NCBI RefSeq assembly: GCF_000315625.1
Contig: NW_005434551.1
Location: forward strand, 128,228-192,227
Direction: 5' to 3'
Length of the DNA: 64,000 bases
DNA from: Guillardia theta CCMP2712
Lineage: Eukaryota; Protista; Cryptophyta
Shown here in pieces: positions 50,491 to 61,100 of the stretch (the stretch's first letter is position 1; the number at the start of each line of letters is the position of its first letter). Position numbers and translations under genes: made by a program. The notes under the pieces are model-generated. The model made no database searches. It was not told where the DNA came from and saw only the letters and a program-made list of their open reading frames with translations.

Positions 50491-51001
50491 AATAGGCCGG
50501 CGCGCTGAGCTCCGCGGCCCGGGCCGCCGCCCGCCGGCGCCCTCCGAGCCGGCCCTGAGTGCAGATGAAGGTCACAAGGTTTCTTACAATTGTGACCGTA
50601 GCACTGCCGGGCTGCGGCGGCCGCGTGAGCGGCGACTCCGATACGGTGCTCGGATGATCCCGGCGATAGTATCCCGGTCGGATGCCGGGGCCAGCCAGTG
50701 AATTTAACCGTGACTTCAAACGATGTCTTTGCACGGGGCCGGCCGGGCCACCCGGTGAGTAGCCCAGGCCCTCAGCCGGGCTCGGACTCGGTGGCCGCGT
50801 GCCACGGTGACCCGGCGCCGTCGGACTCCCGGCAGGCACGGTCCGATCCGGCGGCCGGGGCGCCGGCCGGGTCACGGGTCTGGCATGCGGCACAGACTCC
50901 GACATACAAGCCTCTGAAACTCGCTGTTACATCCCTTTCTCATTGTATGCTGAGTTCTGAATCGACACTGCACAAACCTTGAATCAAGGGCTTGAATGAT
51001 T

Positions 51002-52204
51002 CTAGCTCTCTTCTTGCAGCTTGAAGCCTGAGGATGCCAAATTTGAAAGTTCCCTACAGAAGGAGTGAAGTGGAAATCCCATCACCTGCCACAAAGACTC
51101 GTGACACTACAACCAGAGAAAAGCAAGAAGGAATTAGGATTCGGATAGACACGGAGCTAGACTTAGAATAACAGTATGGCCGACAAGTCGCTATGAGCGT
51201 ACATTGTAATAGCATCCACGTATTCCTTTCACAAAACATCCACCGAGAGATTGGATCCCATATGCTCCAGCTTTATCCATGGGTTCGCCTGAATCAATGT
51301 ATGCCTGCAATATGATAAGTCGTAATAATGTTTCAATTTGCCATTGTTTTCACATTGATATCAGCATCTGTCAAATCAGCGAAAGAAACGCTCGTTTCCT
51401 CTACGAAACAATGCTCCTTAAGCTCTTCATTCTCACAATATCTTGGAAACGAAGGTGAGGAAGTCTTGACTTGTAGCAACAAGGCATATCACATTAGCGT
51501 CACTCCTGTGTAAACTTTATGCTCATTCCCGCTCAACATCCTTAGCATGCGGAATGCATGTGCATTGTCCTGTCCAGCTTGTTGAGAAAAAGAACAGCGA
51601 TGATTAGCTCATACAGATGGTTTTTCAAGAATTTCTCCAGCGTAGACGACCACCTATTCGTCAATACTCGTTTCAAATACAGTCATCACAAATATCGCAA
51701 ATATGACCGTATCACCACCAACAACCATGCCTGGTCGATCTCCAAAGGAGCAGAGCCTGGTATAAATTCACAAGAGGCTATCTGGCATGGGGCTTTGCAG
51801 CACAAGCGAATCATACAAATCTACCTTTTCCAAACCTCCAATGATTTTTGCCTTGCGTTTTCTATCACATAACCTTGGGGCGAATATTTTGATTTGTCAA
51901 GGTTCTCCTCGAAGGTCGATGGAATTACTCTGACATTCAATCCAAGAATGTTTGATAAGATCTCCTTTCTACGAGGTGAGTTTGAAGCTAGAACGAAATC
52001 TACCTGTTTCAAACTTTTCAAACGATCGAGGATCATTGAGACTTCTCCTGTCTTTGTTGTACAACGGATTGAACAGGACAATCGTGGGAAATGTCCAGAA
52101 GGATTCAGAGCAAAGGGGAGCACAGAAGGGACGTGAGCTAGAATAGAAGCAACGGTCAGCAAGGACAACTTTGCGATGCTAGAGCGCCCCGGCTGTGTCC
52201 TCAT
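51002..52204 (-). CDS. maf: Maf/YhdE-family nucleoside triphosphate pyrophosphatase with possible bipartite (plastid) targeting leader, multi-exon
   Basis: [14 protein letters not shown]; [11 protein letters not shown]; ENARQKS; later exons [41 protein letters not shown]; stop at 51002-51004. Confidence 0.9.
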
Positions 52205-53748
52205 CGCACCACTTATTAGTGCCGTTATAAAAATAATTCTGGTGCTTTGAGTGAAAGGTATCAACTGGTGGTGATCGCTGATGAGTGTACTCTACCGCGG
52301 CCCGGCCGGTCATATTAATAATAACAAATATTTAAAAGAGGTATATATTCTATATATTTATAAAAATGATACGTTAAAAAATTTTTAAAAGAGTTTTGAC
52401 TTCAAATAGGTGGTAGGCTAGAGGAAGTTGGTAGAAACGCCAATCGTAGTCCGAAGATTTCAGAAAATAACATCTACAATTGTTTAGTACGTGTGGAGTA
52501 ATAATCAGATAAAACTCAATTTATTATCCATTAACGTCTGGGCGGGCCCGAAAAGGTTGGGCAGTCGTAGCCGGAATGGGGGAGGCGAGGGGCAGGGGTA
52601 CTTGGAACCGATGATGAGGTAGGTAGTTGCAGTGAGGGGTGGTCCGCACAGGGGTAAAACCTATCAAAGGCGTCGCAGGGGTCAAACGCTGGGGGTGGAA
52701 TAACCTTTCACTCGGTTAATAGGCCTTTCCTCAAGATAGAGGTTTATCAAGGGTTATACCTAGAATTGGCTAATAATAGATTTATTGGATATGGAGGGTT
52801 GTAGAGAATGGGGTGGGGTGGGATGACTCATCATAATGGACGGTGGTGCTTGACGATCGTGGGGTGGAGGGACGATGAGACGTAAAGGCTGGGTTGTAAG
52901 AACGGGTTATGCACCTGAAGGTAGGGGGTGTGTATTCCTCGGTACCAATTGCACAGAGGGGTAAGGTGGTGGTGAAGAGAAAAGGAAGGTGGGGTAGTTT
53001 GTTCATGCCACCAGGGTGGGTGAAACAACGTTCCGCCGGCGGATATTCGCTATGCAGAGGATTGAAGGAGATACCGTAGGACGACCATGATGCAGGAATG
53101 AGGACAAAGCGTGGACAACCATACGAGATTGATATGTAAGGTTGTATTTGCAAGATCGAGCAGGTTCGGATCGATATAGTCAAAGACAGAGCGAAAGAGA
53201 ATGGTCGAACAATGTAGGTCAGGAATGTGGAATCTTAACCTAAAGAAGATTCATTTCCTTGGTATGATCAGATTTTGGTGCAAGGGACTTCTTATATTTT
53301 AGATAGGTATGTAAAGAATTTCGAAACAAGATTTATGTGCAATAAGTGCCATCGTAGGGTCTGAACGAGTCGATATGCTTCAGAAACGAAAGCTTGTTTT
53401 GCTGTGTAAAATCTAGGTTGGCTGATGGGCATTTATGATAATTGGATATGCTAGCATTTCCCATGATTGTGAGGTTGATATGCAAGAGCTTGTGATCAGC
53501 TTGTGCACAAATCACGATTTGTGAAAATCGAAGTTTTGACGTTCACAATGCTCTCGTCTTTCATTTTGTATTCGTGGCTAGGAATGATCAAGACTTTTTG
53601 GCAGTCATCGGAATTTGCTCAAGCTGGTCAATATTTTTGCAGGCGGTGACGACAGCTGATAGAATGTATGTCCTTCAAAATTGGATTATTGAAGCATCTG
53701 ATTGTGTCATCAATACAGAAAGAAGCGGCCCTACAATTTTTTGCAAAG

Positions 53749-55257
53749 ATGATGAAATTATTCAAAAAACCGAGTACTAAAGCTTCTCATGCTGACGAGC
53801 TTCCTGTGAAGCTTAGTGAGGAATTTGTGAAAGAGGAGGAGGCAAAAAGGATGGAGCTGAAAGGATGCTCCTTCGCTGACTTCGAAGTCAAAAAAACACT
53901 AGGTATCTTTAACTATCTCCGATACTTTGTTACTGATGCATTTTTCGAAAGGAACTGGCTCATTTGGTAGGGTCAGATTAGTGAAACACAAGAAGTCTGG
54001 TCGTGTATATGCGCTGAAAATGCTGTCCAAGGCGCTAGTTTTGAGAACAAAGCAATTGGACCATGTTTTGTGCGAGAAAGAAGTTTTAGAAGCCCTCTCT
54101 TTTCCATTTATAGTGAATGTGTAAGATTCACAGGATACAGATTTTTTTTAGTTGATTTTTCAAACAGGTATGCTTCTTTTCAGGACGAGTTGTATCTGTA
54201 TCTTGTGCTTGAGTATTCCATCGGAGGTGAATTTTTTACACACCTGAGGAAGGCAAACAGATTTCCAAATGATACTGCAAGGTAATTTACTTGTAAGTTA
54301 CGAAGAAATAGATTTTTGACTCTTCTTTGCTCAGATTCTATGCGGCTGGTGTGATTTTGACTTTCGAATATCTTCATAATCGCAATATTGTTTACAGGGA
54401 TTTGAAGGTAACTTTGTTTTTGGGGACTATGCAATTTGAGCAATGTATAGCCTGAAAACTTGCTCTTGGATGCACATGGACATTTGAAAGTTTGCGACTT
54501 TGGATTTGCGAAGACTGTGGAACCTGGAACCAAGTGAGTATTTGGAAAGTCCTTCCTTTCAATTTCCTTCCTGTGTATGTTTCATGATGCTAACCAACGT
54601 CATGGCGTGTAACCCATTGGTTCTTACTTTGGAACCCAGTACGTGGACACTCTGTGGGACTCCAGAGTATTTGGCTCCAGAAATCATCTTGAATAAGGGG
54701 CATGGAAAGGCTGTAGATTGGTGGGCGCTCGGAGTTCTAATATTTGAGATGCTTGCTGGATATCCTCCATTCTATGCCGAGGACAGGATGCAACTCTACC
54801 AAAGCATTTTGGCTGGCAAGATTGACTATCCGCGGCATATCAAGAAAGAAGCCAAGTATGTTTCTGTTCCCAAATTGCGAGTTGATTTATTTTTAGGGAC
54901 CTTATCTCTCGTTTACTGACCTCCGACCTTTCTCGCCGGCTTGGCAACTTGAAGGGAGGAGCCCTTGATATTCGTACACATGCTTGGTTTAAGGTCAGCT
55001 TAGTCCAACACATATCAAGGTGAAATGAATGCAGGGATTCGACTGGGAGGCGTTAATCAATCGAACCATGTCTGCCCCTATTTCTATCAATGTTCGTAGT
55101 GCCGACGATGCTTCGATGTTTGATGACTACGATGACGACGATGGTATTGTTGTTCGCTATATCGCTTTTGGTGCTTTTCTCAAAGTTTTGTTCAGGTCCT
55201 GACATAGGTGCTGGAAAAGTCCGACCTGATCAGCAACAGCTTTTTGCAGGATTCTAA
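53749..55257 (+). CDS. PKA: cAMP-dependent protein kinase catalytic subunit (PKA-C like), multi-exon
   Basis: [13 protein letters not shown]; YALKML; [13 protein letters not shown]; IVYRDLK/PENLLLD; DFGFAK; [44 protein letters not shown]; RRLGNLKGG; FDDY; C-terminal FAGF* hydrophobic motif. Confidence 0.95.
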
Positions 55258-55333
55258 GCATGGTTAATCTCAAGAACGTCACATGATCGCACAGCCGAAG
55301 TAATTTATTGTTGATATATTAACTGGTCAATCA

Positions 55334-56200
55334 ATGGACAACATCTTTCCTTTCCTCCGACTCAGATACACTGGCCATAGTGCCAACAAAAGTTCGCGAG
55401 TGGTGTTTCACTGCTTCTCCACCCTCATTTTCGGTCCGACCCTCAATCTCACCCGCAATCTCGCTCGCTCTTTTAGTTCCGAGTTCCTTGTACGTGTATG
55501 GTTCATGCGACGCATGCAGAAAAGCTTGGCTGAGATGTTGACATCGGCTTGTTTGCAGCGCATGGGTGGCGGTGGCCCCTTGGCAATGTGAGGGAGGAGC
55601 CTCATTTCTTGATACAACACGCGACATCGGTCCGAGCCTGGCCGTATCCAACTGGACATTTCGTGAAGAGTTATGAAAAGCTCTGAAAGTTCTTACTTCA
55701 AAGACAATGACTGGGGTGATATTTCGAGCTTTTCGTGCGTTCGACGCTCAAATCGAACAAAGCAATGTCAATGATAATGGCAGCCTGCTACCTCACAGGC
55801 ACGAAATGAGTGGCGAGTGCACAATAGATATGAGACCTCTGAGAGGGTTCTCGCAGGTTTTGTCTTAAATCCAAGGTAAGCTTCGAATCTTATTACTTCG
55901 AATCTTCTGACATTACCCTTTAGTGCGCTTCAGTACACTGGTACACTAAACCAATTTATGCTTTTTTCCACGGCACCCTTTTCAACGTGGAGGACCCGAT
56001 GAATGCAATCTGGTTTGACGCCTCTCAAGAAATATACCCCGAAGACAGACATGGATTGTTTAGATCTCAACGGTAGACGGATTAAACTGGTTTGTCACAG
56101 TGAACGGGCCTGTATCTCCTTCTGACCGAGGAAGGAAAGAACAATATGTAGTTTGCTTTCCCGGTTTATCATGCCATTGGAAATTGCTCTGTAATGATTG
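55334..56200 (+). CDS. Hypothetical protein, multi-exon
   Basis: ATG 55334 followed by exon-like segments and GT-AG introns (e.g. ~55876-55923). No family recognised. Confidence 0.35.
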
Positions 56201-56335
56201 CTTTGAACATCTGAAATAAATCCCACTGAGCATACATGCCTACTTCCTTTCTCAAGGTTCTATGAGCGTCGGAATTCTCTAAATCTGCACCCGAGCTGCT
56301 AGCCTACACCGGAGCGTGAGATCTCAGATATGTAC

Positions 56336-56400
56336 GGAGAGAGCGAGAGAGCGAGAGAGCGAGAGAGCGAGAGAGCGAGAGAGCGAGAGAGCGAGAAAGA
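56336..56400. repeat. (GAGAGAGC)n microsatellite
   Basis: About 7 tandem octamers. Confidence 0.9.
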
Positions 56401-56689
56401 CAGGGAAATGCAGGTAGGTCACGAAGAGGCTGAAACAGAAAGACAGGCGGGAGTGAGGAACGATATCTTGCGCTTGCCATGGCAGTTGCACTTGCTGGTA
56501 GGCAAAGGAGGAGGAGGAGGAGCGCGTGGAGGAGAAAGTTGAATGAATGAGGAGGCTTTCTCCCACTCCTTTGGGATTACCAATCTCCTGCGATTTCAGC
56601 ATAGGTTCAAAAGAAGATAAAAGAGGTTACGAGAATGGTGTGAGAATTTCGCCAACAAGGCAAGCCAAGGTAAGGCAAAATCATTGCCC

Positions 56690-57331
56690 TCTTTCTCCTT
56701 CTCCTTCTTCGTCCTTCTTGCCCATCCCCTTCCATCTCCCTCTCCTCTCTTTTCATACACTCCCTCCTCCTCACAATCTCTACCCCTCGCTCTCTCTTCT
56801 CCCTCTCTTCTACTTCTCTATTCTCCCTCCCTCACTCTCTCATCCTTCCCCTTTCTTCCCCTGTTCTCTCGTTTTCTTGCTCCCTCACTCTCCCTCTCCA
56901 TCTGTCTGCCTCCTCTCCCTTCTCCCTTTCTGCCTCTCTCTCCTTCTCTCTCCTTCTCCTCTTATCTCTCACCGTCGCTCGCTCGCTCTCATGCCTTCGC
57001 TCTCTCACTCGCTGTCTATCTATCGTTCTATGGGAAGTCTTCCACGCGCACTGTTTCTTTCGTTTCCTTTATCTTCCTTCCCTCCCTCGCTCCCTCCCAC
57101 TCCCGAGCGAGAGAGACAGAGAGAGAGAGACAGAGAGACAGAGACAGAGAGAGAGAGAGAGAGAGAGAAAGAGCGAGTGAGGGAGTGAGAGGGAGTGAGA
57201 GGTTCTCTTTCTTCCTCCCTTTCTGTTCTCCTCAGAGAGAGAGTGAGTGAGTGAGGAAGAGAGAGAGACACACACACACACAGACAGAGAGACAGAGACA
57301 GAGACAGAGACAGAGAGACAGAGACAGAGAC

Positions 57332-57408
<77 letters not shown>

Positions 57409-57535
57409 CAGAGAGAGAGACAGACAGAGAGACAGAGAGACAGAGAGACAGAGAGACAGAGACAGAGACAGAGACAGAGACAGAGACAGAGAGAGATACA
57501 GAGACAGAGACAGAGACAGAGACAGAGACAGAAAT
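56690..57535. repeat. CT-rich tract followed by (GA)n/(GAGACA)n microsatellites
   Basis: Pyrimidine tract 56690-57100 switches to purine GA/GAGACA arrays 57105-57535. Confidence 0.9.
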
Positions 57536-57691
57536 GGTAGAGGGGCAAAGACAGAGACAGGGAGAATCGGAGTGAGAGAGAAGTAGAAAGGCTGCAAGTA
57601 TCAACCGATGTCTACCTACATCGCTCCCACTGACTCCGACGGGCCGGCCGGGCAGTCAAAGGAGGATGAGATTTACTCTCATAGTTTATTG

Positions 57692-57790
57692 CTCTTCTCG
57701 CCGTTTGGCCAGTGCGACAGTGTCAGGGTCAAGCCTCCTCGACTCTCCTGATTATCCTCGTACTGATTTTTAACTTAACTTTGAGTAAAG
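57692..57790 (-). mobile_element. Dispersed MITE-like repeat, copy E including the terminal CTTTACTCAAAGTTAAGTTAAAAATCAGT end
   Basis: Reverse complement of 39028-39112 plus the terminal motif also seen at 49720. Confidence 0.75.
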
Positions 57791-58148
57791 AAGTTTATCA
57801 GGGTGGTACCTGAGAGCCAACCGCCGTTCTTCCAGGCGTTAGTCCGTCTCGGAGTCCCCGGGGGGCTGGGCTGGAACCGCTAACCCGATTGAGTGAGCAT
57901 GCCAAATCAACAAATCAGGCTGAGGCATTGGCAGCCAGATGATTTCAACATGCCGGGGGCCGAAGCCTTCAACATCACTGAAGCCTTCCGGGCCGGGCCG
58001 CGGCCGTCGGGCCGCCCCGGCGGCCCGCCGATGGCACGGATCATAGTAACTTCGAGTCTGGATGGTCTCCGTCCTACTTTCCTGTGCAGTACGGTGCCAT
58101 GATTGTCCACGTGAAACCGCAGGGCAGGGCCCGGGCAGTCCGCCGACA

Positions 58149-61100
58149 ATGACTCAATGACTCTATGACTCAATGACTCAATGACTCCATGACTGAGCCT
58201 CTTACGCCGGGTGACTCGGTAGGCCTGAGGCAAAGGCTCAATGACTCAATGAATTATGGTGACTCAGTTGGCCTGAGGCCTGAGGCCACGGCTAGACCGT
58301 GTGACTGAATGAGCGCCGGACAGACTCAGTACTGACTCAATGACGCAATGACTTCATGACTCAATGACTCAATGACTCTATGACATGACTCCATGACTCC
58401 ATGACTCAATGACTCTATGACTCTATGACTCTATGACTCAATGACTCTATGACTCTATGACTCTATGACTCTATGACTCTATGACTCTATGACTCTATGA
58501 CTCAATGACTCTATGACTCTATGACTCTATGAGACTCTATGACTCAATGACTCTATGACTCTATGACTCAATGACTCAATGACTCAATGACTCTATGACT
58601 CTATGACTCTATGACTCTATGACTCAATGACTCTATGACTCAATGACTCTATGACTCCATGACTGAGCCTCTTACGCCGGGTGACTCGGTAGGCCTGAGG
58701 CAAAGGCTCAATGACTCAATGAATTATGGTGACTCAGTTGGCCTGAGGCCTGAGGCCACGGCTAGACCGTGTGACTGAATGAGCGCCGGACAGACTCAGT
58801 ACTGACTCAATGACGCAATGACTTCATGACTCAATGACTCGTACGGTGACTCGGTAGGCCTGGTTTCAGCAAGACCATCTCCGTCAGCATGAAGTCCACG
58901 GTGCTGAAGAGGGAGCAGCTGCCGGCGTCCTGCAGTGCAAAGGTGCAGTCCTGCGAGGAGGAGCAGCTGCAGATCTCACTCATCGCCTCGGAGAACATTG
59001 CGACCGCCCTGCGATCCTCCCCAGTAATGCATCTCCCGGACGGGGCAGGCCCACCAGTCTGCGACCCCGTTGCCCGAGGGGCTGTAGTCGCTGCGCGAGT
59101 CGATGTCGTAGGTCTTGAGCCAGTCCATGGTCTCGGTGCTTGCAGCCCTCGGCATGCACTTGGGGAGGAGGTTGTAGGTGGAAGAGGCCCTGTCTCTGGG
59201 TGCAGGTGTCGTTGCTCCTTATCCCCGGCTTGCAGAGGTTGTTGGAAGTTCCTGCTGACGGCATTGAGCGTGATCCACAGAGGGAGGATAGTGCCAAAGG
59301 TGGTAATCTGCTTCGCCAGCAGTGGTGCACCAGCCGGAACGCGTCCTTGTGGGTGTAGCCAAGGGCCTTGCTGCTGCATGAGGTCAGGCCGATCAGGTGT
59401 TGCGGTCCGATCCGTCTTGTTGCTAAGGATGACGGAGATGGCGTGTACGAGCACGTCGGCCATCCTCACGTTACAGGTCCCTCCCAGGTGGTGTTGACAT
59501 CCAGTTCGTTATCGAGGAAGCGAGCCGTGAAACTAGGATGACGTCGAGGCTNNNNNNNNNNNNNNNNNNNNNNNNNNNNNNNNNNNNNNNNNNNNNNNNN
59601 NNNNNNNNNNNNNNNNNNNNNNNNNNNNNNNNNNNNNNNNNNNNNNNNNNNNNNNNNNNNNNNNNNNNNNNNNNNNNNNNNNNNNNNNNNNNNNNNNNNN
59701 NNNNNNNNNNNNNNNNNTGGGGCTCGTTGGCGCTCTCGATCGATGCGTAGCCCAGCATGAGGTTGTAGAGGTTGTCGTTCACCAGTGTGGCGATGGTGTC
59801 TACGCTCCTCCTCGCGTAATCGAACCTGTAGTAGTTGCACAGGCTCTGCAGGTTGACGGTGTAGCAGAACATGTGGGCCAGGGGTGCGACCATGAGGTCC
59901 ATCCAGCAGGGTATCCCGTCGTTGAGCTCGCGGTCGGTGGGGTTGAGTTGCCGTTGTTCGAGATCCGGTTGATCTTCCGGCTCTCCACCGAATGACTCTA
60001 TGACTCTATGACATGACTCCATGACTCCATGACTCAATGACTCTATGACTCTATGAGACTCTATGACATGACTCTATGACTCCATGACTCAATGACTCAA
60101 TGACTCTATGACATGACTCCATGACTCCATGACTCAATGACTCTATGACTCTATGACTCTATGACTCTATGACTCTATGACTCTATGACTCTATGACTCT
60201 ATGACTCTATGACTCAATGACTCTATGACTCTATGACTCTATGACTCTATGACTCTATGACTCTATGACTCAATGACTCTATGACTCTATGACTCTATGA
60301 GACTCTATGACTCAATGACTCTATGACTCTATGACTCAATGACTCAATGACTCAATGACTCTATGACTCTATGACTCTATGACTCTATGACTCAATGACT
60401 CTATGACTCAATGACTCTATGACTCCATGACTGAGCCTCTTACGCCGGGTGACTCGGTAGGCCTGAGGCAAAGGCTCAATGACTCAATGAATTATGGTGA
60501 CTCAGTTGGCCTGAGGCCTGAGGCCACGGCTAGACCGTGTGACTGAATGAGCGCCGGACAGACTCAGTACTGACTCAATGACGCAATGACTTCATGACTC
60601 AATGACTCGTACGGTGACTCGGTAGGCCTGGTTTCAGCAAGACCATCTCCGTCAGCATGAAGTCCACGGTGCTGAAGAGGGAGCAGCTGCCGGCGTCCTG
60701 CAGTGCAAAGGTGCAGTCCTGCGAGGAGGAGCAGCTGCAGATCTCACTCATCGCCTCGGAGAACATTGCGACCGCCCTGCGATCCTCCCCAGTAATGCAT
60801 CTCCCGGACGGGGCAGGCCCACCAGTCTGCGACCCCGTTGCCCGAGGGGCTGTAGTCGCTGCGCGAGTCGATGTCGTAGGTCTTGAGCCAGTCCATGGTC
60901 TCGGTGCTTGCAGCCCTCGGCATGCACTTGGGGAGGAGGTTGTAGGTGGAAGAGGCCCTGTCTCTGGGTGCAGGTGTCGTTGCTCCTTATCCCCGGCTTG
61001 CAGAGGTTGTTGGAAGTTCCTGCTGACGGCATTGAGCGTGATCCACAGAGGGAGGATAGTGCCAAAGGTGGTAATCTGCTTCGCCAGCAGTGGTGCACCA

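Noticed and set aside
46589-55257. Functional signalling cluster (channel + PKA + nearby GPR107/LRR)
   Set aside because: The genes are interspersed with unrelated housekeeping genes; nothing in the sequence supports co-function.
56547-57604. ORFs rich in SL/ER/RD/RQ dipeptides
   Set aside because: They are translations of GA/GAGACA microsatellites.
58889-59497. Plus-strand ORFs in the array insert (also 60657-61265, 61136-61759, 62545-63135)
   Set aside because: Antisense shadows of the C/G-ending-codon minus-strand reading.
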